From Octopus bimaculoides (lineage: Eukaryota), in NCBI RefSeq assembly GCF_001194135.2, contig NC_068981.1:166570544-166634543 (forward strand): a stretch of 64,000 bases of DNA, given 5' to 3'. The notes beneath the pieces are model-generated. The model saw only the letters and a program-made list of their open reading frames with translations. It made no database searches and had not been told where the DNA came from. Both the position numbers and the translations under genes were made by a program. This document shows, piece after piece, positions 13,075 to 25,840 of the stretch (the first letter of the stretch is position 1; the number at the start of each line of letters is the position of its first letter).

Positions 13075-13296
13075 CTCATAGAGACAGCTTCTTGGAGTCT
13101 GTGGTTTATATCCTCCCCAATGGACAGGACGGTGGTTTGTCACAGGAATACTCATTTTCATAAGTTAAGTGAACTGGAGCAACATGAAATGAAGAGTTTT
13201 AATCAAGATCACAACACCTTGCCCAGTTCAGGAATCAAAACCACAATCTTATGAATCATGAATCCAAAGTCTTAACTACTAAGCCATGCACCTCCA
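13075..13296 (-). mobile_element. SINE family A
   Basis: Reverse-complement head GGAGGTGCATGGCTTAGTAGTTAAG. The body matches 195-400. Confidence 0.7.
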
Positions 13297-13393
13297 TTGT
13301 AGCCCTCAGTAGGTTATCTCATAAGAACTCCCGATGGTCCTCTATGTTTTAAGTCTTAGTCACCTCCTTCCTTTTATCATATGTATCAACTAA
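13297..13393 (-). repeat. 97-bp inverted copy of 10584-10680
   Basis: The reverse complement matches 10584-10680 at 96 of 97 positions (manual alignment). Confidence 0.95.
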
Positions 13394-14659
13394 GCCATGG
13401 AACTCTCATCTGACATGCAACTAAAAGGCAGTATATTTTTATTTTTTACCTGCAGCTATGACTCTAGCTCCATCTTCAAGAGTTTAATTAATCATAGTAC
13501 ATATTGCATTTCTAGTACTTATTTTATCGATCTCTCTGTTGAATCATTAAAGGAACATGACCATTTCATTTTTCTTTTGTTTTTTATCATTATTTTTAGA
13601 CTAATGTAACCATAAGTATAATGTCATGTTATTCATGAGTACAACTGGTAACCTGTAGTCCAATACATGACAGTAATGCATGGTCAGTTTGTCAGTGACT
13701 AAACCAGTTCCCTTCACTAGGCTTGCCTGGTGAGGAGGGTTGCTACAAACCATGCAGGACAAAAACAATGCTAGTCAAAAGGACAGATAAACTCAGTGGA
13801 GAGTCAAGGATTATCTGGTAATCCTGCAACGATTTAGAAATTCTGGGTTAGTGTCTGGCATACTGTATGGTCACTGGATTTAGCTTTTGTGAAAACATGT
13901 CTCTAAGTGAAGGGACTACTATATCTACAGCTAAACCAATAGTACAACTGGGTAGGTGGTCTGAACTTGGCAACCTTAGAGTGCAACTATACTAGGAAAA
14001 GGTCAACACCAAGATTAAACCCTCACTGCTTGTGGGTGCCTGCAAACAGGTGGAGCTTAAGGGAGTCAATCCCAATGATGAGTCAAATCAGAGAATTTGG
14101 AGCCCGCTAACCTTATTGATCCTGAAGGGAGCATTAAAACAATAATTGGTTAAGAATGGTAGTTGTATTTGAGGACCTAACCTTCATCTATGAGAATATT
14201 CATTTATTCAACTATAAATATGGACAAACCTTGGCTTCTGCATAGTTTATGCCTCTTCTACCTTCCAGATAATGTGCATGTATGTGTGTCTTTGCCTGTC
14301 TGCATGTGTGTACCACCTGAGCTTCCAGGATTTTTGAGAGTTAGTGCTTAGTTCCAGTTTCAGAATGTGAAGGAGAGGAGAGATAAATCTACCCCTGGAC
14401 AGGACACCAATCTATCACAAGTAACATTCCCATGCAACCTTAATATCCATTCTTCACAACATTGATAACCTACAGCAATGTTGAAGATAGTGTATAACTA
14501 CAAATAAAAAAACCTGAGACATATTTGAATTCTTCACTTATCCATACAAACTCCAATAGTTTATCAATTAACCCATATCACTTAAAGTTAGGATGATAAG
14601 TTTAATAGGGTCGCATTGAATTTATCCTAAATTATTTTTTATCATTTTGTGCACATTTC

Positions 14660-15000
14660 TTTTATTGGTTTCAGTCATTGCATTATGGTCATACTGGTGC
14701 ACCTTCAATTATATTGGACGCAATATTAAGTCTGGTACTCATTTTATCAATCTATTTATTGAGTAACTTCAGTTTATCTTAAATTAGATTTTTTAGGGAA
14801 TAAATACCTCAAGAACAAATGTGGATACAATCATGCATGCATATATACATAGACTCACACGCACACATGATGGCCTTCTACCAAATATCCACCAACTTAA
14901 CTTTACTGACAAGGTATTGGTAAACTCAAATGCTATAGTGGAAGATACTTATCCAAGATGCTGCTTGGTGTGTTTGAACCCAAAACCATGTGGTTGCCAA
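14660..15000 (-). mobile_element. SINE family B, decayed
   Basis: TTTCAGTCATT..CTGGTACTCATTTTATC..CTATAGTGGAAGATACTT..AACCATGTGGTTG. Confidence 0.6.
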
Positions 15001-15934
15001 GTGAACATTATAAATATTATTGGTTGGGTTTTGCAGTATTCCTAATTTGTATTTGGAGCACAGCATTGTGACATGTTGCTCATTTACTAGACAGAAATAA
15101 ATAACATTAAAAAAATTACTGGTTGCCACATGTATGGAAAGAAAACATTTAAGAACCCATACATATCACAATATATGTGTAGAATGACTTTCTCATAATA
15201 TATACATCCATATTTTTTAAATATGTACAGAGAGAATCATACATTAGTTTCATAAACATGCATGTCCTGTGATTGAACCACAGAGCTTTTGGTAGCTTTC
15301 TATGTGAGTCAAACTAAATAGTTTCATCAGAGATCCCCTACCTCTGTTTTCCAAGCTGCCAAATGTGTCAAGTAGCATAAACTACGTCTAGAAATGTAAG
15401 CAAATTTATGAGAAGCATATTAAAATTTACATAATATTATAAGGTTGGTGGCCAGGCATTTAATAGTTAGTCTTAGGCATTTAATAACTGGAATACCAAT
15501 ATACATAATTATGTATATGGAGTCACATTCATGTTTTCAGTTGTTCTGTTAATCAATGAATTATCTTCCATCTTTCAAAAAATGTCAGTTCCATTTTTTT
15601 TCCTGATAGGAATAACAACTCATTGTTAAAAGATATATTTATAAAGTGAAGTATGCACAGGTGCATAAATATATGTGTTTATAGATTCACATTGTTGGTA
15701 TATAGTTGAGATTTTAAAAACTAATCCATGACAAATGGTGTGTAATTAATGAATAAGAGATGAAGGAAAAAATATCATGCTAATGGTAGTGCCAGTCTTG
15801 TATTAGCCTCTGAGTCAAAAGGTCACCACTGACATAGTGCACTACCAATAATAGGACACTGTATCACTTGCAGAAATACTTGTTGACTCTGTTGTCCCTA
15901 CTGTAATTAGGTACTTACTCTGTGTGTGTGTGTA

Positions 15935-16135
15935 TTGTAAGCAATGATATTGCTTTGTCTCAAGTTGATCCTGATCAGAGGTATTCCAGTTGTTATTGGC
16001 TATCTGCTATATCTAGGACTACATTATCTAAGGTGCCTTTTCTTTTTCGTTTCGTTTTTTTTTTTTTTTTTTTTTTTTGAGATGGAAGGAAATTAATAAG
16101 CTATTTCTAGTAAGTTGAGCAACAATGTTGAGTTT
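15935..16135 (+). repeat. Family D repeat
   Basis: GTTGATCCTGATCAGAG..TATCTAGGACTACATTATC..GCTATTTCTAG. Confidence 0.55.
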
Positions 16136-16189
16136 TCCTCATAAATGATGAAGTTGCTGTATAGCCTTCGATCATCACATAACAAGCAG

Positions 16190-16470
16190 TCTTATAACAT
16201 TGCAGCATGCAATAACCAAATTTTTATTCCAGTTATGCCACACCTCCACCTCTCTGATAACCATACAGTGGCACTTCTCGTATCTAGTGAGTAATCATAT
16301 GGAGGTATGCTGTAAGTCTGGGTGTATTGTATTCTCTTTGCTGTCACTTTGCTTCCGTATGCCCATAGATTCTGATGACACCCATAATAGGGAGTAGTCA
16401 AGATAGATTCAGTCAAGGATGTTCTACATTTATTATTTGGTGGCATGTATCCCAGCACAGTTTCTAGAAC
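16190..16470 (-). mobile_element. CR1/L2-type LINE remnant
   Basis: The minus ORF contains KRIQYTQTYSIPP..SERWR, resembling the LERVQRRFT..IP..SLERRR segment after the RT domain. Confidence 0.5.
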
Positions 16471-16539
16471 CAGTGAGGCTATTGATGTGTATGTTCTTTA
16501 TGCTTGTCTACCCTGAGTAATAAACAGAGTTTGTAGGAT

Positions 16540-16826
16540 ATCATCGTTTAACGTCCACTTTCCATGCTAGCATGGGTTGGACGATTTGACTGAGGACTGG
16601 TGAACCGGATGGCTGCACCAGGCTCCACTCTGATCTGGCAGAGTTTCTACAGCTGGATGCCCTTCCTAACACCAACCACTCCGAGAGTGTAGTGAGTGCT
16701 TTTACGTGCCACTGGCATGAGGGCCAGTCACGCGGTACTGGCAATGGCCACGCTCAAGATGGTGTTTTTTACATGCCACCTGCACAGGAGCCAGTCCAGC
16801 AGTATTGACAACAACCTCGCTTGAAT
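16540..16826 (-). mobile_element. RTE 3' tail, comparatively young copy
   Basis: CATCGTTTAACGTCCACTTTCCATGCTAGCATGGGTTGGACG.. with CpGs retained. It includes the GTGCCAC repeat units also seen in the RTE 3'UTR at 35543-35850. Confidence 0.8.
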
Positions 16827-16829
16827 GAT

Positions 16830-18990
16830 TTTCTAGTTTGTTGGATATATTGTTGTAATATTGCTCCAGGGTGTATTTGTATTTGGGTGCTTGGTGATTG
16901 TTTTGTTTTTTTTAAATCTTGTGGCTAAGACTGTCAAGGCTGAAACTTACTGTAGCAACAACTGGGCTGCTTGCATATGTTGAAGGTCTGGCATTTTTAA
17001 TATTTATGTTTTGTTGTGTAGAGGGTCTGTAGATGTGGCTAATTTACAACCCTCTATGATGCATAGTGAGTTGTTCTGTATTCTTTATTTTATATGGTCG
17101 GAAGTGGAGAGATTAGGAAGAGCTGGCATGAAGAATATATATTGTTTAAGTATCATTGATGTTTCTTTCTGTTGTCCAAATGTGAGTGCCGTTTGTTTGT
17201 GCATTAGTTCACTTTCTTTATTGTCTTTTGTGTTTTGTGAATGTTTTACAGAGGAATTGTCTGTAACTCCCAGTAATTTTGTCTTCTGTATGAGATATGT
17301 TTATGTTGTTGAGTGTAATAATTGGTTATATTTGATGTTCTCTAGTGCTGCTGCTTAGAATGAGACAATAGGTAACACTTTTAGTTTGTAATTTTGGAGC
17401 CAGGTTTGGAGGTGTTTGATGTGGCAGTTGAGTAGCTTTGCAGCTATGTCTGGAGAACCATGGGAGGATATCATCTACATATGAGGCTGTGTATATGTTA
17501 GGAAAACATGTTAGTATAACTTGAAAAAAGTGGATAGAGGACAAATCTTCCAGTAACACGATTTGGGAAATTGAAAGTTTTGGAAGTGTGGTTTTTGATA
17601 TTTGGCTTAGTAATCTAACAGGTATTTTGCTAACAAACATGTTTGTTTGCTTCTTAAAGTGGTGTTATGTATTTTGTATATAAGTAGATAATAAGAATGA
17701 AGTTAAAAGTTTTGTTAATGTTTTGGGGAGTTAGAATTGCATCAGAGAGGTCTTTTGTTTTTTTGTTGAAAATTTCATGGATATTCTGTGTTAGGTTCTT
17801 AAGTGTTGTGGTGGTCTACATCTATGTTACATTTGATGAGGCACATGTGCAGGTTAGTAAAATCAAGCAATGAGCTTTCTTCAAATGTCTGAGGGTGTAA
17901 TAGGAACATGATGCTACATGAATTGCTGTTTAGGGATTTTAGTATTATGATTTTGCCAACTTTCCACATTCTAGGAATTTGACATTTTGTATAAATTGTT
18001 GATCTTGGTTAAGTGCAGTGATTCCTTCAGGTCCTATGTGCTTTAGATGTATGTTTAATTTTCATAAAACCCTGACACTTCAGAGTTTTTCAATTTCTGT
18101 ATTACTTTTTGGTGTTTGATGGAAGGAAAAGGTCAAGATCGTAGCTGAGCTGGAAAGATACATTTTCCTTCCTTTTGTGTTCCTCTTTGTGTGTTATTTG
18201 TCTCAAAGCATTTGCTTGTTGTTGAAGTATTGCTGTATTATTCAAGGTAATTATTGTAATCTGATCACAATAGTTGTATAGTTGTTGATCTTGCAAATTT
18301 CTCTACAGCATTTTACTATTTTGTGATTTGTTGGATACAAATGTTAACCAGTTTTCTGTTTTTTTATGGTTTATTTCTTTATTTAGTCATTTCATGATGA
18401 ATTTTATTCCTATTGTGTGTGGTGTTGGTGTATTGTGTTTGAGAGTGTCTTTAGTTTTAATCAGGATGGCTATTTATGTTTGAGTAATTGGGGTTCTATT
18501 TTTTATGCTGCCTTTTTTTTATTTTTTTTTTTTTTATACGAGTGTCTATAAGTAATTTGTTGAATGTATGTGCTGCAGTCTCTATGTTGGTGATTCTGTT
18601 TTTATGTTCCATGAATCTTAATCCAGTTTGCTGGTGGAACTGGTTTTACTGTGCATTTTTTTCTTCCAAAGTTTGTAGAAGTGTTTCTGCTTTTTATTAT
18701 TGATGTGTGACTGTATTGTGATGGCAATGGGTAAATGAACAGAAGAGAGTTTGGATCCTTTTAGCATGTGGTTGTAGAAGAAGGTGATGCTTAGAGAAAG
18801 AGTTATTGTAGTTGGCTTCATGAGGTGTGTGGGTGTGTTGAAGTTGTTTAGGATGTAAAGAGGATCTAATTCTAATGCTACTGCTTTACCTCTTGCAGTA
18901 CCAGTTTTTTTTCTGGAAGCCAGAATGTGTTGTACATGATATTTCCTCCAATTTTGATGTTTTATGTATTAATGTTGTAGGTTCATTGGG
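16830..18990 (-). mobile_element. Decayed Jockey/I-group LINE (APE plus RT), about 2.1 kb
   Basis: Minus-strand motifs occur in the expected order: SSVHLPI (18726-18746, SDHLPI-like), LKHIGP (18029-18046), WKVGKII (17946-17966) and RT catalytic YVDD (17470-17481). Confidence 0.7.
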
Positions 18991-19014
18991 ATTGTTTGTT
19001 TAGATCAGTGGCAG

Positions 19015-19300
19015 CATTTTCTTTTATTCTTGTACTTGTTTTAGTCACTGGACTGTGGTAATGTTGCAGCACTGTTTTGAAGGGTTTAGTCAAACAAATT
19101 CAACTCTACAAATTTGTTCAATTAAACCCTTCAAAGTGGTGCCACAGTATTTAAATCTGGTATTTACTCTCTGGTCTCTTTTTGCTGAACTACTAAGTTG
19201 TATTCTATGTAAACAAACCAACATTAGTTTTTAAGCAAAGATGCACATCCACACACACACACACACAACAAGCTTCTGTACAGTTTTTCTGCAGCAATTT
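19015..19300 (-). mobile_element. SINE family B, decayed 3' half
   Basis: TTTTAGTCACTGGACTGTGG..CTCTTTTGCTGAAC..AAACAAACCAACA. Confidence 0.6.
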
Positions 19301-19309
19301 CATTCAAAA

Positions 19310-19460
19310 GGTGCATGGCCTAGCGGTTAGGGTGTTGGGCTCATAATCACGAGATTGTTGTTTTGATTCCCAGACTGGCTGTGCATTTTGCTATTGAGCA
19401 AAACGCTTCATTTTATGTTGCTCCAGTCCACTCAGCTGTAAATAGGTAACCTGCCGACAG
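19310..19460 (+). mobile_element. SINE family A, 5' half
   Basis: GGTGCATGGCCTAGCGGTTAGGGTGTTGGGCTCATAATCACGAG..GATTCC. Confidence 0.65.
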
Positions 19461-19564
19461 ATTGGCATACAAGTGTGAGATGGTGACTCAAGTAAATCAC
19501 CTGAACAGAGGTCTTGTGAGCCACATTTTGTATTCAGCAACTGAGAAGGATGAATAGTATAACC

Positions 19565-19713
19565 CAGTGGTTCTCACCCATTTCACTATCAAAGACCCCC
19601 TTTTTATTTAAATGAGTTTTCTCACGGACCCCAGGATATTGAAAGGTCTGTCAGCTTAACATGCTGATGGACCCCCAGTACTACCTTTGCTGACCACAGG
19701 TTGGGAACCACTG
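19565..19713. mobile_element. hAT (Charlie/MER5-like) MITE (149 bp)
   Basis: TIRs CAGTGGTTCTCACCC / GGTTGGGAACCACTG. Perfect 8-bp TSD GTATAACC at 19557-19564 and 19714-19721. Confidence 0.9.
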
Positions 19714-21093
19714 GTATAACCCATACTGTGAATCCCAACTGGTTGAGATTGGTTGTTCAACCCTGTCAAAGGGTATGTTGTAACACCTGATAAAAAAGGT
19801 AGAGATAAAATAAATAATACAATAGCAATACAAAGTTAACTAAATATAATTGTTTCCCCGCAATACATTGCAATAGCAGCTATAATAAGATGGGAGGTAC
19901 CAACACATACTCCTTTATAGTTTTCATATGCTCTCTTCAAATAGTGATTGTTACATAGTAAAAGTTTCACCTTTGAATTTCCTGCCTTGCTGACAAATTA
20001 TGTCAAATGTGGAAGATGTTCATTATGCATAACACTACACAGCATGTGATGTGATCCATTCTGTTTATATAAATTTATTTAGTCCTGATATGAAGATTGC
20101 ATTGGATAATAAGAACATGTGATTAGCTTTTGAACTTCATTTCACCTCATCCTCATCAAAGAAGCATAAAACTGAAACATGTCCAAAGTTGTCTCCCTTA
20201 CAAGCTGGAAACATGAATATATTAGTCATTGACTGATAGTGTTTTCTTTTCCTCTTGCTTCATATTGATTTCTAGTTAGCTGTCAAATATTCCTTGTATC
20301 AGATGCCAATAATACTTGAGTATTGTGATGAGTGAATAAATAATACTTACCTATCACAATATAACTGTGTTACTTTTTAAAGTGAAAGGAAATTGTCCAT
20401 GGCTCTTGGTGGCTTCCTTGAAATCAGAAAGAAAGAGTTGGATAAATGAGAATTGTGACCATTTATCTTAAACTTGAAAGTTTTAGATAGTGTTCGTATT
20501 TAAAAAAAACATTCATCCATCACAGTATTATATATGGCCTTTTGCTATGTTTCAAACACACAGTTTAATAAGGGAAAAGGTGATTTTACTTAATCTTGCA
20601 CAAGTCTTGATTACTTTCCAATTGTAACTCATATGCGATATATTTTATTAGAAATATGTCCAAAAGAATTAAAGAAAGTAGCCCCATGTCACATAGTCTT
20701 TTCACTTTATTTTTTCTGAAATTTTCTATGCTAGTAGATCTTTATTGTTGTTCTATTAGATCTTGATAGTAGAAGTATCAGGTCATACTGTTCTATGTAT
20801 GTACTGTTGTGCCTGTGTACACACTCACTCTCTCCTATATTGGGTGCCAGGCACTGGATAAGTTCAAAGCTAACCAATGTTAGCTTTGATTTTTGATTTT
20901 TTTTTTTAAGTCAATAAAATAAGTATGTGTAATATACATCACTGTAGTTGAATCAACTATACTTCTTCCTGTTACATGTGCAAGTGTTCGTGTATAGTCA
21001 TATGCACACATGGATACACAAGTTCGCACTCATATATGCACTTAAATAAGCAGCTGCACACACTTTTACACACATGCACATACTCTCACACAT

Positions 21094-21095
<2 letters not shown>

Positions 21096-21147
<52 letters not shown>

Positions 21148-21310
21148 NNNNNNNNNNNNNNNNNNNNNNNNNNNNNNNNNNNNNNNNNNNNNNNNNNNNN
21201 NNNNNNNNNNNNNNNNNNNNNNNNNNNNNNNNNNNNNNNNNNNNNNNNNNNNNNNNNNNNNNNNNNNNNNNNNNNNNNNNNNNNNNNNNNNNNNNNNNNN
21301 NNNNNNNNNN

Positions 21311-21364
<54 letters not shown>
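21096..21364. repeat. (CA)n - gap (21148-21310) - (CT)n compound microsatellite
   Basis: Direct reading. 163 N lie between the tracts. Confidence 0.95.
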
Positions 21365-21369
<5 letters not shown>

Positions 21370-22004
21370 CATGCATGCTCTTTTCCACTCATGTATACTT
21401 GCACTCTCTCATATACACTTGTAATCACTCATGCACACCATCTCTGGTGTATACACTCATACACTTTCCCTTATATGCACTCTCTCCCTCTCTCTCTCTC
21501 TGTCTCATGCATGCTCACATCCTCTTGATCTCTGTCTGTCTGTCTCTCTCTCTCTCACATACACACAATCACACACACACACACATACACACAAGAATGT
21601 TGATCGTACTATTTCTATAAACCAATAATACACATAAGCTACAAAAAAAAAAAAGTTCATTTATCTGTCTAATGTAAGATGTGTTGAAGTGGTTTTAAAA
21701 GCATCCACTTCAAATGATGCACAACTACTGTCTGTGATCATATTAGCATCAAAAACCATTTACTAACACGCACGGCAGCACTATAAATATCTTGGTAAAC
21801 TTATGTGATGCTGTATACTTTGTCTTTGAGAGCTTTTGCATGGTTTTCTTTTATACCATGAAAACATTATTGTCTCTAAGTCAGTAATAGAAATTGTAAC
21901 CTATTTCATATTTATTGATGTTTAAAGAGTAACATATTTTCACCCATCGTCTTGAATGATGCCATACCTAGAATAGAGGTAGACCAAAAAAAGAATTGAA
22001 CAAA

Positions 22005-22200
22005 ATAGTAATGGTGTTGTTTAGCTGCAAATTAGTCCTAATTGAGCAGACTTATGGTTAAAGGCATACCAGCTGTGATTATCTTGTCTTGTTTTAATAA
22101 GTACATTGAACCCCACAGCCAGTGATGTCATTCATTTTGAAGAAGACAGCAGGGTGTGACTTGAGGGAAGTTTAGCTGCTATTTCTAGCAGGTCTAGTGA
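22005..22200 (+). repeat. Family D repeat
   Basis: GTCCTAATTGAGCAGAC..GGGTGTGACTTGAGGGAAGTTTAGCTGCTATTTCTAGCAGGTC. Confidence 0.55.
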
Positions 22201-22204
22201 CCAC

Positions 22205-22600
22205 AAAGAAGCACGTGTGTGTGTGTGTGTGTGCAGGTATGGCTATGGGGTTGAGAAGCTGGCTTTCTTACTATGTTGTTTTGGTTGCAGTCTCTCTGTG
22301 TGGTACTTTGAGCAAGTGTCTTCTATCACAGCCCTGGGCCAACCAAAGTGCATGTATGTGTGCACGCGTGCACTCTTAATCTTAACATCATGTGATAGTT
22401 GTAAACGAGCATCATTATCATACACATGAGGTTGTTTGTTTCTTGTCTTCTGTAAAGAACATGTTTAGCTATGGGAAAATATTGCTTTGCTTGGAAACAG
22501 GTGAGGGTTGATGGCAGGAAAGGTACATGATCATAGAAAATCTGCCTCAACAAATTCTGTCAGACCCATTGAAGTATGGAAACATGGACATTACATTATG
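22205..22600 (+). mobile_element. SINE family B head joined to an RTE-like tail
   Basis: GAGCAAGTGTCTTCTATCACAGCCCTGGGCCAACCAAAG..GGAAACAGGTGAGGGTTGATGGCAGGAA..(ATG)n. The same architecture occurs at 30735-31175. Confidence 0.6.
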
Positions 22601-22804
22601 ATGATGACATACTGTAACATTGAGCAGAGTCAATGCTTTAATTGTAAGAAGAGTATATTAAACTGTAATTGTTCTATTAATATGCATGTTTGAATTTTCA
22701 AATATCTTAATCATGCTAGCTTAACAAAACTGGTTGTAGAATAACAAAAAATAGACATTAATAATGATAATGGTTTCTAGTATAGGCAACAAATATTTAG
22801 GGAG

Positions 22805-23050
22805 GTGTCCTCATCATCATCTTTATCATTTAGCATCTGTTTTCCATGCTGGAATGAGTTGGATAGTTTGACAGGATCCCATGAGTTGCAGGGCTGCACC
22901 AAGCTCCAGTGTCTATTTTGGCATAGTTTCTATGGCTGGATGCCCTTTTCTAACACCAACCACTTTACATTGTGGACTGGGTACCATTTTTCATGCAACC
23001 AGCACCAGTGAGGTTGCCAAGTAACTTGCAAGACACAAAATGAAGGGGAA
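22805..23050 (-). mobile_element. RTE 3' tail
   Basis: (CAT)n..TTTTCCATGCTGG..GGCTGGATGCCC..CCAACCAC. Confidence 0.65.
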
Positions 23051-23129
23051 AAGAGTAAAAGAAACTAAGTGAGAGTATTTGAGAGGGAGGGGTGGTATGA
23101 TAGAGGGACAAGTACAGGTGTCATGCTAT

Positions 23130-23690
23130 AAGACCTTTGTCAGCCACTCTCCAACTATCTATTTAAAGCTGTATAAGGCTATGCGTCACCAGTCTGAAAC
23201 CCCTATCTCTCTCAACATATCAATTCCTGGAAACTGTTGAGAAACATACAACCAGATGAATACCTGCCGTCAGGCATCTACCATACACTGAATATCTTGC
23301 TTCCTTGAGCATGGACACATTAAAGCTCTGATATCTGACAACTGACATAGTAGATACCCACAAGATTATCCACCATCTGTCCAACAACAACCTTGGACAC
23401 CTTTTTTAATTCCATATGTTTAACACTCATGGACATGTTTACAAAATCAAAAAAACAACACAGCACCCATGACTTTCAGAAACATTTTTTCATGCTCAGA
23501 ATTGCTGAAACATGGAATAATCTACCAGCATCAGTAGTTGGCTATTGAGACACTATATCTTTCAAAACTTTCATGCGTCCTGAAATGTGGCAGTACATCT
23601 GATGCCCTGCCACTCTTTTGTTTTTTGACAATTCATTCACTGTTCACTTCCTGTGCATTATTTTATGTACTGTTGATGCACTTTTGGCTG
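23130..23690 (+). mobile_element. CR1/L2-type LINE 3' end
   Basis: One frame reads KHFFMLRIAETWNNLPASVV (W at 23513), the FFS.RV..WN.LP..VV motif at the ORF2 C-terminus. Confidence 0.75.
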
Positions 23691-25088
23691 CTTTTTCTGA
23701 TAGGTTAGAGTGCACCTGAGCACTGTATACAATGAGTTTATTATTGTGCTGGAGGCAATAACAGAGGTGATACATGACTGTCTCCCATTATATCAGTGGA
23801 TGAAAGATGTAGGAAAGGGCAAGTGGAGAGCAATTAAAGTAAACCCAGTACTTGATTCATATTTATTTTATTGGGCCCCTCCCCCAAGAGATGAAAGACA
23901 AAATATAATTTACTTAGAAATTAACAAATGCATATGTTTTGGATATTTGTGAAAACAAGTGTTAGATGTTTCTTTTAACAGTAGTAAATCATCAATCAGG
24001 TATATAGTAATGTATGTGTCTATGTGTATATACATGTTTATATTTATGTATGCAGTTTATGTCTTTGTACAAGCATGTATATGTGTATGTATGCATGCAT
24101 ATATGTATGCACACGTGTGTATGTGTGTGTGTTTGTGAGTACCCTTATCTTGGCTTCATGAATGTAAACAAGCATAACTGTCATACAAGTGATGTTGTTA
24201 ATTTCCAGTCTTCTGTGAAAAGTCATGATTGGCTATCAAGAAATATTATCTTGCTTGGAAACTGGCAAAACTTGGTGACAGGAAGGGCATCCAACTATAG
24301 AAAATCTGCCTCGACAAATTCCATCTGACCCATGCAGGGATAAAGAAGTGGATATTAAATGACAATGATGATGATTATAATTCATATCTTTCTACAAATA
24401 TGTCACATTCAAAAGCACTCTGTGTATTCACATATCTTTCTCAATATATACTTGTCACCCTTTAAACCATTTCTCCGTGTTCACATAACATATTACATGC
24501 AACATGAGTATGAACTGTGTATGTAAATCCATGCAAGAGCAGAATACTCTTCTCTTCAAACTTGTGGTGTGTTTATAGTCTCTGGTCATCTAGTCTGTTT
24601 TCACTTTGTCGCTAGTTTAATGGCTTCAAACATTTAGAAAGTGGCATTCATGTCACACAAGTGTTTGATGTGCAGGTATCTTTTGCAGTCTTGTACAAAT
24701 GAACCATTTATATATATTTGATGCACTTTTGTGTATATTACATATGTCTATGTGAATTGTTGTGTACATTACTTTTAACTGCTATTTTGATACTACTTTG
24801 AGCTATTGTATATTAATGACAGTCCCACTCTAAAGACCAGCACGACTATAAACTACTGTTGAGAAAATGCCGAAATAAGCATTTGTATGTATGCAAATAC
24901 AATTACTACATTTGTTGCCTTCTCTATATAACCTGACAACATATATATGTATATATAAATATATAACCTTACAACGTATACATCATCAACGTTTAATATC
25001 CGTCTTGTATGCTAGCATGGGTGGGACTCATCATCATCGTTTGTATGTATAAATTTGTGAGAGATAATATTTATCCTGACTTAGACTT

Positions 25089-25216
25089 GGATGTTCTGTT
25101 GGAACAAACTATACTGTGGTAGATGCCATGAGAGAAGTGCATTTTGCACCAAATGCCAATTTGTGTATTTCTCTCATGGTATCTACTGCAATATAGTTTG
25201 TTCTAACAGAACATCC
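25089..25216. repeat. Fold-back element: 53-bp ungapped stem, 22-nt loop
   Basis: 25089-25141 pairs with 25164-25216: 46 Watson-Crick pairs, 6 G:T and 1 C:A (manual pairing). Confidence 0.9.
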
Positions 25217-25219
25217 ATG

Positions 25220-25597
25220 TTTAAATTCTTTTACTTGTTTCAGTCATTTGACTGTGGGCATACTGGAGCACTGCCTTTAATTGAACAAATTGACCCCAGG
25301 ACTTATTCTTTGTAAGCCTAGTACTTATTCTATCGGTCTCTTTTGCCGAACTGCTAACTTACGGGGACATAAACACACCAACATCAGTTGTCAAGTGATG
25401 GTGGGGGGGACAAACACACAAATATATATATATGATGGGCTTCTTTCAGTTTCCATCTATCAAATCCACTCACAAGGCTTTGGTTGGCCCAAAGCTATAG
25501 TAAAAGACACTTGCCCAAAATGCCATGCAGTGGGACTGAATCTGGAACTATGTGGCTGGGAAGTAAGCTTCTTACCGCACAGCCACTCCTGTGCCTA
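25220..25597 (-). mobile_element. SINE family B, full length
   Basis: Reverse-complement head GGCTGTGCGGTAAGAAGCTTACTTCCC and tail GACTGAAACAAGTAAAAG. Confidence 0.85.
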
Positions 25598-25840
25598 TAA
25601 ATGGGGCTAAATATTAACTCTCAGTATTAATACTCCTTCTATTGCTAATATATATTTTTTAACAAGCTCACTGACTAATTACAACACCAGCACCTGTTCT
25701 GGCACTGTTTTTATATATATTGCTATCTTTTGTGGTCAAACATCCATCATTGACATGATCAAGGAAGGCTGAAATCATGTGATCTGGTGGATTCAGCACT
25801 GGAGGTGGCAGGGTTCATCTCTATACTAGCAATATAAACA

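Noticed and set aside
13700-14140. GC-richer block resembling an RTE 5'UTR
   Set aside because: The resemblance is impressionistic only. There is no second copy or coding motif in the window to support a call.
20351-20416. Minus-strand segment with good acceptor and GTAAGT donor
   Set aside because: All three frames contain stops, and the 5' part overlaps a family D repeat end.
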